Assembly (NCBI GenBank): GCA_964016885.1
Contig: OZ024744.1
Span: forward strand, 16,492,001-16,556,000
Length of the DNA stretch: 64,000 nucleotides
Source of the DNA: Eledone cirrhosa
Lineage: Eukaryota
Reading direction: 5' to 3'
The position numbers and the translations under genes are program-made. Positions 12,301 through 25,940 of this stretch are shown piece after piece (within the stretch, counting starts at the first letter, position 1; every line of letters starts with the position of its first letter). The notes under the pieces were generated by a model. That model did no database searches and was not told the DNA's origin. It worked only from the letters and a program-made list of their open reading frames with translations.

Positions 12301-13125
12301 GATGAATGTGTCCTGTGTTTACTGTAGTAGTGTGTAAAGTGTACTGTTCAGCTGAGAATGTGTCCTGTGTTTATTGTAGTACTGTGTTTAGTGTAATTTT
12401 CACCTGAAGAATGTGTCCTGTGTTTATTGTAGTACTGTGTAAAAGTGTACTGTTCTGCTGAAGAACGTGTCCTGTGTTTACTGTAGTACTGTGTAATGTG
12501 TACTCTTCCTCTGAAGAATGTGTCCTGCGTTTACTGTAGTACTGTGTGAATTGTACTGTTCACCTGAAGAATATGTCGTGTGTTTACTGTAGTACCGTGT
12601 AAAGTGTACTGTTCACCTGAAGAATGTGTCCTGTGTTTACTCTAGTACTGTGTAAGGTGAACTGTTCACCTGAAGAATATGTCCTATGTTTAACATAGTA
12701 ATGTGTAAAGTGTACTGTTCACCTACAGAATGTGTCCTGTGTTTACTGTGGTACTGTCTAAAGCGTACTGTTCAGCTGAAGAATGTGTCCTGTGTTTACT
12801 GTAGTACTGTGTACAGTCTACTGTTCAGTTGAAGAATGTGTCCTGTGTTTACTGTAGTACTGTGTAACGTGTACTGTTCACCTGAAGAATGTGTCCTGTG
12901 TTTACTGTAGTACTGTTTAAAGTGTACTGTTCAGCTGAAGAATGTGTCCCGTGTTTACTGTAGTACTGTGTAAAGTGTACTGTTCAGCTGAGGAATGTGT
13001 CCTGTGTTTACTGTAGTACTGTGTAAAGTGTACTGTTCAGCTGAGGAATGTGTTCTGTGTTTACTGTGGTACTGTGTAAAGTGTACTGTTCACCTGAAGA
13101 ATGTGTTCCGTGTTTACTGTAGTAC
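3307..13125 (+). repeat. 9,819-bp tandem duplication unit, copy 1 (185 monomers)
   Basis: Private variants recur at exactly +9,819: GCTAAGAAATGG 3482/13301, GACGAAAA 4282/14101, markers 5261/15080 and 9560/19379, GTTTGACT 6481/16300, GCTGAGAAT 12351/22170, TGTGTTCCG 13102/22921. Confidence 0.9.
5088..6155 (+). repeat. Representative core higher-order cassette (20 monomers, 1,068 bp)
   Basis: Fixed order of diagnostic variants: TATAATGCAC, TAGGAC, ACTCTT, 61-mer, TAGAAC/GAGG, TAGTAGT/GACG, AAGATG/GCTAACTAATGG, ACCGTG, ACTATCG, TGCTGCAG/ACCGTT, TAGCAC/TATAC, TAAT/GACG, TAATGCG, CACATG, TTATTG/ATGTAGTG, TTAATGTAGG/GAAAAA, ACAGTTCACCTTAAG, CCCATG/GAACGAG, plain, ACTCTAG/TAATGTTTAC. Length is 20x53+8. 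The same order recurs whole or in part across the window. Confidence 0.9.
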
Positions 13126-16100
13126 TGTGTAAAGTGTACTGTTCACCTGAAGAATATTCCCGTGTTTACTGTAGTACTGTGTAAAGTGTACTCTTCACCT
13201 GAAGAATGTGTCCTGTGTTTACTGTAGTAGTGTGTAAAGTGTACTGTTCACCTGACGAATGTGTCCTGTGTTTACTGTAGTACTGTGTAAGATGTACTGT
13301 TCAGCTAAGAAATGGTTCCTGTGTTTACTGTAGTACCTTGTAAAATGTACTCTTCTCCTGAAGAATGTGTCCTGTGTTTAATATCGTACTGTGTAAAGTG
13401 TACTCTTCACCTGAAGAATGTGTCCTGTGTTTGCTGCAGTACTGTGTAAAGTGTACCGTTCAGCTGAAGAATGTGTCCTGTGTTTACTGTAGCACTGTGT
13501 AAAGTATACTGTTCACCTGAAGAATGTGTCCTGTGTTTACTGTAGTAATGTGTAAAGTGTACTGTTCACCTGACGAATGTGTCCTGTGTTTACTGTAGTA
13601 ATGCGTAAAGTGTACTGTTCACCTTAAGAATGTGTCCTGTGTTTACTGTAGTACTGTGTAAAGTGTACTGTTCACATGAAGAATGTGTCCTGCGTTTATT
13701 GTAGTACTGTGTAAAATGTAGTGTTCAGCTGAAGAATGTGTCCTGTGTTTAATGTAGGACTGTGTAAATTGTACTGTTCACCTGAAAAATGTGTCCTGTG
13801 TTTACTGTAGTACTGTGTAAAGTGTACAGTTCACCTTAAGAAAGTGTCCCATGTTTACTGTAGTACTGTGTAAAGTGTACTGTTCACCTGAAGAACGAGT
13901 CCTGTGTTTACTGTAGTACTGTGTAAAGTGTACTGTTCACCTGAAGAATGTGTCCTGTGTTTACTCTAGTACTGTGTAACGTGTAATGTTTACCTGAAGA
14001 ATGTGTCCTGTGTTTACTGTAGTACTGTGTAAAGTGTACTGTTCACCTGAAGAATATGTCCCGTGTTTTCTGTAGTACTGTGTAAAGTGTACTGTTCACC
14101 TGACGAAAATGTCCTGTGTTTACTGTAGTACTGTGTAAAGTGTACTGTTCAGCTGATGAATGTGTCCTGTGTTTACTGTAGTAGTGTGTAAAGTGTACTG
14201 TTCAGCTGAGGAATGTGTTCTGTGTTTATTGTAGTACTGTGTTTAGTGTAATTTTCACCTGAAGAATGTGTCCTGTGTTTATTGTAGTACTGTGTAAAGT
14301 GTACTGTTCAGCTGAAGAATGTGTCCTCTGTTTACTGTAGTAACGTGTAAAGTTTTACTGTTCACCTGACGAATGTGTCCTGTGTTTACTGTAGTACTGT
14401 GTAAAGTGTACTGTTCACCAGAAGAATGTGTCCTGTGTTTACTGTAGTACTGTGTAAAGTGTACTGTTCACCTGGGGTATGTGTCCTGTGTTTACTGTAG
14501 TACTGTGTACAGTGTACTGTTCAGCTGAAGAATGTGTCCTGTGTTTACTGTAGTACTGTCTAAAGTGTACTGTTCACCTGACGAATGTGTCCTGTGTTTA
14601 CTTTAGTACTGTGTAAAGTGTACTGTTCACCTGAAGAATGTGTCCTGTGTTTACTGTAGTACTGTGTAAAGTGTACTGTTCAGCTGAAGAATGTGTCCTG
14701 TGTTTACTGTAGCACTGTGTAAAGTGTACTGTTCACCTGAAGAATGTGTCCTGTGTTTACTGTAGTAATGTGTAAAGTGTGCTGTTCAGCTGAAGAATGT
14801 GTCCTGTGTTTACTGTAGCACTGTGTAAAGTGTACTGTTCACCTGAAGAATATGTCCCGTGTTTACTGTAGTACTGTGTAAAGTGTACTCTTCACCTGAA
14901 GAATGTGTCCTGTGTTTACTGTAGTACTGTGTAAAGTATAATGCACAGCTGAAGAAAGTGTCCTGTGTTTACTGTAGGACTGTGTAAAGTGTACTGTTCA
15001 CCTGAAGAATGTGTACTGTGTTTACTGTAGTACTGTGTAAAGTGTACTCTTCACCTGAAGAATGTGTCCTGTGTTTACTGTTTTACGCTGGTACTGTGTA
15101 AAGCGTACTGTTCACCTGACGAACGTGTCCTGTGTTTACTGTAGAACTGTGTAAAGTGTACTGTTCAGCTGAGGAATGTGTCCTGTGTTTACTGTAGTAG
15201 TGTGTAAAGTGTACTGTTCACCTGACGAATGTGTCCTGTGTTTACTGTAGTACTGTGTAAGATGTACTGTTCAGCTAACTAATGGTTCCTGTGTTTACTG
15301 TAGTACCGTGTAAAATGTACTCTTCACCTGATGAATGTGTCCTGTGTTTACTATCGTACTGTGTAAAGTGTACTCTTCACCTGAAGAATGTGTCCAGTGT
15401 TTGCTGCAGTACTGTGTAAAGTGTACCGTTCAGCTGAAGAATGTGTCCTGTGTTTACTGTAGCACTGTGTAAAGTATACTGTTCACCTGAGGAATGTGTC
15501 CTGTGTTTACTGTAGTAATGTGTAAAGTGTACTGTTCACCTGACGAATGTGTCCTGTGTTTACTGTAGTAATGCGTAAAGTGTACTGTTCACCTGAGGAA
15601 TGTGTCCTGTGTTTACTGTAGTACTGTGTAAAGTGTACTGTTCACATGAAGAATGTGTCCTGTGTTTATTGTAGTACTGTGTAAAATGTAGTGTTCAGCT
15701 GAAGAATGTGTCCTGTGTTTAATGTAGGACTGTGTAACTTGTATTGTTCACCTGAAAAATGTGTCCTGTGTTTACTGTAGTACTGTGTAAAGTGTACAGT
15801 TCACCTTAAGAAAGTGTCCCATGTTTACTGTTGTACTGTGTAAAGTGTACTGTTCACCTGAAGAACGAGTCCTGTGTTTACTGTAGTACTGTGTAAAGTG
15901 TACTGTTCACCTGAAGAATGTGTCCTCTGTTTACTCTAGTACTGTGTAAAGTGTAATGTTTACCTGAAGAATGTATCCTGTGTTTACTGTAGTACTGTGT
16001 AAAGTGTACTGTTCACCTGAAGAATATGTCCCGTGTTTTCTGTAGTACTGTGTAAAGTGTACTGTTCACCTGAAGAATGTGTCCTCTGTTTACTCTAGTA

Positions 16101-19100
16101 CTGTGTAAAGTGTAATGTTTACCTGAAGAATGTATCCTGTGTTTACTGTAGTACTGTGTAACGTGTACTGTTCACCTGAAGAATGTGTCCTGTGTTTACT
16201 GTAGTACTGTGTAAAATGTACTGTTCACCTGAAGAATATATCGTGTGTTTCCTGTAGTACTGTGTAAATTGTACTGTACACGTGAAGAATGTGTTCTGTG
16301 TTTGACTGTAGTACTGTGTAAAGTGTACTGTTCAGCTGAGGAATGTTTCCTGCGTTTACTTTAGTACTGTGTAAAGTATACTGTTCACCTGACGAATGTG
16401 TCCTGTGATTACTGTAGTACTGTGTAAAGTGTACTGTTCACCTGAAGAATGTGTCCTGTGTTTACTGTAGTACTGTGTAAAGTGTACTGTTCACCTGACG
16501 AATGTGTCCTGTGTTTACTGTAGTAATGTGTAAAGTGTGCGGTTCAGCTGAAGAATGTGTCCTGTGTTTACTGTAGTAATGTGTAAAGTGTACTGTTCAC
16601 CTGAAGAATATTCCCGTGTTTACTGTAGTACTGTGTAAAGTGTACTGTTCACATGAAGAATGTGTCCTGTGTTTACTGTAGTACTGTGTAAAGTGTACTG
16701 TTCACCTGAAGAATGTGTCCTGTGTTTACTGTAGTACTTTGTAAAATGTACTGTTCTCCTGAAGAATATATCGTGTGTTTACTGTAGTACTGTGTAAATT
16801 GTACTGTACACGTGAAGAATGTGTTCTGTGTTGACTGTAGTACTGTGTAAAGTGTACTGTTCAGCTGAGGAATGTTTCCTGCGTTTACTTTAGTACTGTG
16901 TAAAGTATACTGTTCACCTGACGAATGTGTCCTGTGATTACTGTAGTACTGTGTAAAGTGTACTGTTCACCTGAACAATGTGTCCTGTGTTTACTGTAGT
17001 ACTGTGTAAAGTGTACTGTTCAGCTGAAGAATGTGTCCTGTGTTTACTGTAGTACTGTGTAAAGTGTACTGTTCACCTGACGAATGTGTCCTGTGTTTAC
17101 TGTAGTAATGTGTAAAGTGTGCGGTTCAGCTGAAGAATGTGTCCTGTTTTTACTGTAGTAACGTGTAAAGTGTACTGTTCACCTGAAGAATATTCCCGTG
17201 TTTACTGAAGTACTGTGTAAAGTGTACTCTTCACCTGAAGAATATATCGTGTGTTTACTGTAGTACTGTGTAAATTGTACTGTTCAGCTGAGGAATGTTT
17301 CTTGCGTTTACTTTAGTACTGTGTAAAGTATACTGTTCACCTGACGAATGTGTCCTGCGTTTACTGTAGTACTGTGTAAAGTGTACTGTTCAGCTGAAGA
17401 ATGTGTCCTGTGTTTACTGTAGTACTGTGTAAAGTGTACTGTTCACCTGACGAATGTGTCCTGTGTTTACTGTAGTAATGTGTAAAGTGTGCGGTTCAGC
17501 TGAAGAATGTGTCCTGTGTTTACTGTAGTAATATGTAAAGTGTACTGTTCACCTGAAGAATATTCCCGTGTTTACTGTAGTACTGTGTAAAGTGTACTCT
17601 TCACCTGAAGAATGTGTCCTGTGTTTACTGTAGTAGTGTGTAAAGTGTACTGTTCACCTGACGAATGTGTCCTGTGTTTACTGTAGTACTGTGTAAGATG
17701 TACTGTTCAGCTAACTAATGGTTCCTGTGTTTACTGTAGTACCGTGTAAAATGTACTCTTCACCTGAAGAATGTGTCCTGTGTTTACTATCGTACTGTGT
17801 AAAGTGTACTCTTCACCTGAAGAATGTGTCCTGTGTTTGCTGCAGTACTGTGTAAAGTGTACCGTTCAGCTGAAGAATGTGTCCTGTGTTTACTGTAGCA
17901 CTGTGTAAAGTATACTGTTCACCTGAAGAATGTGTCCTGTGTTTACTGTAGTAATGTGTAAAGTGTACTGTTCACCCGACTAATGTGTCCTGTGTTTACT
18001 GTAGTAATGCGTAAAGTGTACTGTTCACCTGAAGAATGTGTCCTGTGTTTACTGTAGTACTGTGTAAAGTGTACTGTTCACATGAAGAATGTGTCCTGCG
18101 TTTATTGTAGTACTGTGTAAAATGTAGTGTTCAGCTGAAGAATGTGTCCTGTGTTTAATGTAGGACTGTGTAAATTGTACTGTTCACCTGAAAAATGTGT
18201 CCTGTGTTTACTGTAGTACTGTGTAAAGTGTACAGTTCACCTTAAGAAAGTGTCCCATGTTTACTGTAGTACTGTGTAAAGTGTACTGTTAACCTGAAGA
18301 ACGAGTCCTGTGTTTACTGTAGTACTGTGTAAAGTGTACTGTTCACCTGAAGAATGTGTCCTGTGTTTACTCTAGTACTGTGTAAAGTGTAATGTTTACC
18401 TGAAGAATGTGTCCTGTGTTTACTGTAGTACTGTGTAAAGTGTATTGTTCACCTGAAGAATATGTCCCGTGTTTTCTGTAGTACTGTGTAAAGTGTACTG
18501 TTCACCTGAAGAATGTGTCCTGTGTTTACTGTAGTACTGTGTAAAGTGTACTGTTTAGCTGAAGAATGTGTCCAGTGTTTACTGTAGTACTGTGTAAAGT
18601 GTACTGTTCACCTGACGAAAATGTCCTGTGTTTACTGTAGTACTGTGTAAAGTGTACTGTTCAGCTGATGAATGTGTCCTGTGTTTACTGTAGTAGTGTG
18701 TAAAGTGTACTGTTCAGCTGAGGAATGTGTCCTGTGTTTATTGTAGTACTGTGTTTAGTGTAATTTTCACCTGAAGAATGTGTCCTGTGTTTATTGTAGT
18801 ACTGTGTAAAGTGTACTGTTCAGCTGAAGAATATGTCCTCTGTTTACTGTAGTAACGTGTAAAGTGTACTGTTCAACTGACGAATGTGTCCTGTGTTTAC
18901 TGTAGTACTGTGTAAAGTGTACTGTTCACCTGAAGAATGTGTCCTGTGTTTACTGTAGTACTGTGTAAAGTGTACTGTGCAGCTGAAGAATGTGTCCTGT
19001 GTTTACTGTAGTACTGTGTAAAGTATACTGTTCACCTGAAGAATGTGTCCTGTGTTTACTGTAGTAATGTGTAAAGCGTGCTGTTCAGCTGAAGAATGTG

Positions 19101-22100
19101 TCCTGTGTTTACTGTAGTAATGTGTAAAGTGTACTGTTCACCTGAAGAATATGTCCCGTGTTTACTGTAGTACTGTGTAAAGTGTACTCTTCACCTGAAG
19201 AATGTGTCCTGTGTTTACTGTAGTACTGTGTAAAGTATAATGCACAGCTGAAGAAAGTGTCCTGTGTTTACTGTAGGACTGTGTAAAGTGTACTGTTCAC
19301 CTGAAGAATGTGTACTGTGTTTACTGTAGTACTGTGTAAAGTGTACTCTTCACCTGAAGAATGTGTCCTGTGTTTACTGTTTTACGCTGGTACTGTGTAA
19401 AGCGTACTGTTCACCTGACGAACGTGTCCTGTGTTTACTGTAGAACTGTGTAATGTGTACTGTTCAGCTGAGGAATGTGTCCTGTGTTTACTGTAGTAGT
19501 GTGTAAAGTGTACTGTTCACCTGACGAATGTGTCCTGTGTTTACTGTAGTACTGTGTAAGATGTACTGTTCAGCTAACTAATGGTTCCTGTGTTTACTGT
19601 AGTACCGTGTAAAATGTACTCTTCACCTGAAGAATGTGTCCTGTGTTTACTATCGTACTGTGTAAAGTGTACTCTTCACCTGAAGAATGTGTCCAGTGTT
19701 TGCTGCAGTACTGTGTAAAGTGTACCGTTCAGCTGAAGAATGTGTCCTGTGTTTACTGTAGCACTGTGTAAAGTATACTGTTCACCTGAGGAATGTGTCC
19801 TGTGTTTACTGTAGTAATGTGTAAAGTGTACTGTTCACCTGACGAATGTGTCCTGTGTTTACTGTAGTAATGCGTAAAGTGTACTGTTCACCTGAAGAAT
19901 GTGTCCTGTGTTTACTGTAGTACTGTGTAAAGTGTACTGTTCACATGAAGAATGTGTCCTGTGTTTATTGTAGTACTGTGAAAAACGTAGTGTTCAGCTG
20001 AAGAATGTGTCCTGTGTTTAATGTAGGACTGTGTAAATTGTATTGTTCACCTGAAAAATGTGTCCTGTGTTTACTGTAGTACTGTGTAAAGTGTACAGTT
20101 CACCTTAAGAAAGTGTCCCATGTTTACTGTAGTACTGTGTAAAGTGTACTGTTCACCTGAAGAACGAGTCCTGTGTTTACTGTAGTACTGTGTAAAGTGT
20201 AATGTTTACCTGAAGAATGTATCCTGTGTTTACTGTAGTACTGTGTAAAGTGTACTGTTCACCTGAAGAATATGTCCCGTGTTTTCTGTAGTACTGTGTA
20301 AAGTGTACTGTTCACCTGAAGAATGTGTCCTGTGTTTACTGTAGTACTGTGTAAAGTGTACTGTTCAGCTGAGGAATGTTTCCTGCGTTTACTTTAGTAC
20401 AGTGTAAAGTGTACTGTTCACGTGAAGAATGTGTTCTGTGTTGACTGTAGTACTGTGTAAAGTGTACTGTTCACCTGAAGAATGTGTCCTGTGTTTACTG
20501 TAGTACTGTGTAACGTGTACTGTTCACCTGAAGAATGTGTCCTGTGTTTACTGTAGTACTGTGTAAAGTGTACTGTTCACCTGAAGAATGTGTCCTGTGT
20601 TTATTGTAGTACTGTGTAAAGTGTACTGTTCAGCTGAAGAATGTGTCCTCTGTTTACTGTAGTAACGTGTAAACTGTACTGTTCACCTGAAGAATGTGTC
20701 CTGTGTTTACTGTAGTACTGTGTAAAGTGTACTGTTCACCTGAAGAATGTGTCCTGTGTTTACTGTAGTAATGTGTAAAGTGTACTGTTCAGCTGACGAA
20801 TGGTTCCTGTATTTTCTGTAGTAATGTGTAAAGTGTACTGTTCACCTGAAGTATGTGTCCTGTGTTTACTGTAGTAATGTGTAAAGTGTACTGTTCACCT
20901 GAAGAATGTGTCCTGTGTTTACTGTAGTACTGTGTAAAGTGTACTGTTCACCTGAAGCATGTGTCCTGTGTTTACTGTAGTACTGTGTAAAGTGTACTGT
21001 TCGCCTGAAGAATGTGTCCTGTGTTTAATGTCGTACTGTGTAAAGTGTACTGTTCAGCTGAAGAATGTGTCCTGTGTTTACTCTAGTACTGTGTAAAGTG
21101 TACTGTTCACCTGAAGAATATGTCCTCTGTTTAACTTAGTAATGTGTAAAGTGTACTCTTCACCTGAAGAATGTGTCCTGTGTTTACTGTGGTACTGTGT
21201 AAAGTGTACTGTTCAGCTGAAGAATGTATCCTGTGTTTACTGTAGTACAGTGTACAGTGTACTGTTCAGTTGAAGTATGTGTCCCGTGTTTACTGTAGTA
21301 CTGTGTAACGTGTACTGTTCACCTGAAGAATGTGTCCTGTGTTTACTGTAGTACTGTTTAAAGTGTACTGTTCAGCTGAAGAATGTGTCCTGTGTTTATT
21401 GTAGTACTGTGTAACGTGTACTGTTCACCTGAAGAATGTGTCCTGTGTTTACTGTAGTAACCTGTAAAGTGTACTGTTCACCTGACGAATGTGTCCTGTG
21501 TTTACTGTAGTAATGCGTATGGTGTACTGTTCACCTGAAGAATGTGTCCTGTGTTTACTGTAGTACTGTGTAAAGTGTACTGTTCACATGAAGAATGTGT
21601 CCTGCGTTTATTGTAGTACTGTGTAAAATGTAGTGTTCAGCTGAAGAATGTGTCCTGTGTTTAATGTAGGACTGTGTAAATTGTACTGTTCACCTGAAAA
21701 ATGTGTCCTGTGTTTACTGTAGTACTGTGTAAAGTGTACAGTTCACCTTAAGAAAGTGTCCCATGTTTACTGTAGTACTGTGTAAAGTGTACTGTTCACC
21801 TGAAGAACGAGTCCTGTGTTTACTGTAGTACTGTGTAAAGTGTACTGTTCACCTGAAGATTGTGTCCTGTGTTTACTCTAGTACTGTGTAAAGTGTAATG
21901 TTTACCTGAAGAATGTGTCCTGTGTTTACTGTAGTACTGTGTAAAGTGTACTGTTCACCTGAAGAATATGTCCCGTGTTTTCTGTAGTACTGTGTAAAGT
22001 GTACTGTTTAGCTGAACAATGTGTCCAGTGTTTACTGTAGTACTGTGTAAAGTGTACTGTTCACCTGACGAAAATGTCCTGTGTTTACTGTAGTACTGTG

Positions 22101-22965
22101 TAAAGTGTACTGTTCAGCTGATGAATGTGTCCTGTGTTTACTGTAGTAGTGTGTAAAGTGTACTGTTCAGCTGAGAATGTGTCCTGTGTTTATTGTAGTA
22201 CTGTGTTTAGTGTAATTTTCACCTGAAGAATGTGTCCTGTGTTTATTGTAGTACTGTGTAAAAGTGTACTGTTCTGCTGAAGAACGTGTCCTGTGTTTAC
22301 TGTAGTACTGTGTAATGTGTACTCTTCCTCTGAAGAATGTGTCCTGCGTTTACTGTAGTACTGTGTGAATTGTACTGTTCACCTGAAGAATATGTCGTGT
22401 GTTTACTGTAGTACCGTGTAAAGTGTACTGTTCACCTGAAGAATGTGTCCTGTGTTTACTCTAGTACTGTGTAAGGTGTACTGTTCACCTGAAGAATATG
22501 TCCTATGTTTAACATAGTAATGTGTAAAGTGTACTGTTCACCTACAGAATGTGTCCTGTGTTTACTGTGGTACTGTCTAAAGCGTACTGTTCAGCTGAAG
22601 AATGTGTCCTGTGTTTACTGTAGTACTGTGTACAGTCTACTGTTCAGTTGAAGAATGTGTCCTGTGTTTACTGTAGTACTGTGTAACGTGTACTGTTCAC
22701 CTGAAGAATGTGTCCTGTGTTTACTGTAGTACTGTTTAAAGTGTACTGTTCAGCTGAAGAATGTGTCCCGTGTTTACTGTAGTACTGTGTAAAGTGTACT
22801 GTTCAGCTGAGGAATGTGTCCTGTGTTTACTGTAGTACTGTGTAAAGTGTACTGTTCAGCTGAGGAATGTGTTCTGTGTTTACTGTGGTACTGTGTAAAG
22901 TGTACTGTTCACCTGAAGAATGTGTTCCGTGTTTACTGTAGTACTGTGTAAAGTGTACTGTTCAC
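13126..22965 (+). repeat. 9,819-bp tandem duplication unit, copy 2
   Basis: Same anchors as copy 1. Identity ends at CACC (13147) versus CACG (22966). The exact breakpoint is ambiguous within about 20 bp of shared consensus. Confidence 0.9.
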
Positions 22966-25940
22966 GTGAAGAATGTGTCCTGTGTTGACTGCAGTACTGT
23001 GTAAAGTGTACTGTTCACCTGAAGAATATGTCCCGTGTTTACTGTAGTACTGTGTAAAGTGTACTCTTCACCTGAAGAATGTGTCCTGTGTTTACTGTAG
23101 TACTGTGTAAAGTATAATGCACAGCTGAAGAAAGTGTCCTGTGTTTACTGTAGGACTGTGTAAAGTGTACTGTTCACCTGAAGAATGTGTACTGTGTTTA
23201 CTGTAGTACTGTGTAAAGTGTACTCTTCACCTGAAGAATGTGTCCTGTGTTTACTGTTTTACGCTGGTACTGTGTAAAGCGTAGTGTTCACCTGACGAAT
23301 GTGTGCTGTGTTTACTGTAGAACTGTGTAAAGTGTACTGTTCAGCTGAGGAATGTGTCCTGTGTTTACTGTAGTAGTGTGTAAAGTGTACTGTTCAACTG
23401 ACGAATGTGTCCTGTGTTTACTGTAGTACTGTGTAAGATGTACTGTTCAGCTAACAAATGGTTCCTGTGTTTACTGTAGTACCGTGTAAAATGTACTCTT
23501 CACCTGAAGAATGTGTCCTGTGTTTACTATCGTACTGTGTAAAGTGTACTCTTCACCTGAAGAATGTGTCCTGTGTTTGCTGCAGTACTGTGTAAAGTGT
23601 ACCGTTCAGCTGAAGAATGTGTCCTGTGTTTACTGTAGCACTGTGTAAAGTATACTATTCACCTGAAGAATGTGTCCTGTGTTTACTGTAGTAATGTGTA
23701 AAGTGTACTGTTCACCTGACGAATGTGTCCTGTGTTTACTGTAGTAATGCGTAAAGTGTACTGTTCACCTGAAGAATGTGTCCTGTGTTTACTGTAGTAC
23801 TGTGTAAAGTGTACTGTTCACATGAAGAACGTGTCCTGTGTTTATTGTAGTAAGGTGTAAAATGTAGTGTTCAGCTGAAGAATGTGTTCTGTGTTTAATG
23901 TAGGACTGTGTAAATTGTACTGTTCACCTGAAAAATGTGTCCTGTGTTTACTGTAGTACTGTGTAAAGTGTACATTTCACCTTAAGAAAGTGTCCCATGT
24001 TTACTGTAGTACTGTGTAAAGTGTACTGTTCACCTGAAGAACGAGTCCTGTGTTTACTGTAGTACTGTGTAAAGTGTACTGTTCACCTGAAGAATGTGTC
24101 CTGTGTTTACTCTAGTACTGTGTAAAGTGTAATGTTTACCTGAAGAATGTGTCCTGTGTTTACTGTAGTACTGTGTAAAGTGTACTGTTCACCTGAAGAA
24201 TATGTCCCGTGTTTTCTGTAGTACTGTGTAAAGTGTACTGTTCACCTGAAGAATGTGTCCTGTGTTTACTGTAGTACTGTGTAAAGTGTACTGTTTAGCT
24301 GAAGAATGTGTCCAGTGTTTACTGTAGTACTGTGTAAAGTGTACTGTTCACCTGACGAAAATGTCCTGTGTTTACTGTAGTACTGTGTAAAGTGTACTGT
24401 TCAGCTGATGAATGTGTCCTGTGTTTACTGTAGTAGTGTGTAAAGTGTACTGTTCACCTGAAGCATGTGTCCTGTGTTTACTGTAGTACTGTGTAAAGTG
24501 TACTGTTCAGCTGAGGAATGTGTCCTGTGTTTATTGTAGTACTGTGTTTAGTGTAATTTTCACCTGAAGAAAGTGTCCTGTGTTTACTCTAGTACTGTGT
24601 ACGGTGTACTGTTCAGCTGAGGAATATGTTCTGTGTTTACTGTAGTACTGTGTATAGTGTACTGATCACTTGAAGAATGTGTCCTGTGTTTACTGTAGTA
24701 CTGTTTAAAGTGTACTGTTCACCTGAAGAATGTGTCCTGTGTTTACTGTAGTACTGTGTACAGTGTACAGTTCACCTGGGGAATGTGTCCTGTGTTTACT
24801 GTAGTACTGTGTACAGTGTACTGTTCAGCTGAAGAATGTGTCCTGTGTTTACTGTAGTACTGTGTAAAGTGTACTGTTCACCTGACGAATGTGTCCTGTG
24901 TTTACTGTAGTACTGTGTAAAGTGTACTGTTCACCTGAAGAATGTGTCCTGTGTTTACTGTAGTACTGTGTAAAGTGTACTTTTCAGCTGAAGAATGTGT
25001 CCTGTGTTTACTGTTGTACTGCGTAATGTGTGCTGTTCAGCTGAAGAATGTGTCCTGTGTTTACTGTAGTACTGTGTAAAGTGTACTCTTCACCTGAAGA
25101 ATGTGTCCTGTGTTTACTGTAGTACTGTGTAAAGTATAATGCACAGCTGAAGAAAGTGTCCTGTGTTTATTGTAGGACTGTGTAAAGTGTACTGTTCACC
25201 TGAAGAATGTGTACTGTGTTTACTGTAGTACTGTGTAAAGTGTACTCTTCACCTGAAGAATGTGTCCTGTGTTTACTGTTTTACGCTGGTACTGTGGAAA
25301 GCGTACTGTTCACCTGACGAACGTGTCCTGTGTTTACTGTAGAACTGTGTAAAGTGTACTGTTCAGCTGAGGAATGTGTCCTGTGTTTACTGTAGTAGTG
25401 TGTAAAGTGTACTGTTCACCTGGCGAATGTGTCCTGTGTTTACTATAGTACTGTGTAAGATGTACTGTTCAGCTAACTAATGGTTCCTGTGTTTACTGTA
25501 GTACCGTGTAAAATGTACTCTTCACCTGAAGAATGTGTCCTGTGTTTACTATCGTACTGTGTAAAGTGTACTCTTCACCTGAAGAATGTGTCCAGTGTTT
25601 GCTGCAGTACTGTGTAAAGTGTACCGTTCATCTGAAGAATGTGTCCTGTGTTTACTGTAGTAATGCGTAAAGTGTACTGTTCACCTGAAGAATGTGTCCT
25701 GTGTTTACTGTAGTACTGTGTAAAGTGTACTGTTCACATGAAGAATGTGTCCTGTGTTTATTGTAGTACTGTGTAAAATGTACTGTTCAGCTGAAGAATG
25801 TGTCCTGTATTTAATGTAGGACTGTGTAAATTGCACTGTTCACCTGAAAAATGTGTCCTGTGTTTACTGTAGTACTGTGTAAAGTGTACAGTTCACCTTA
25901 AGAAAGTGTCCCATGTTTACTGTAGTACTGTGTAAAGTGT

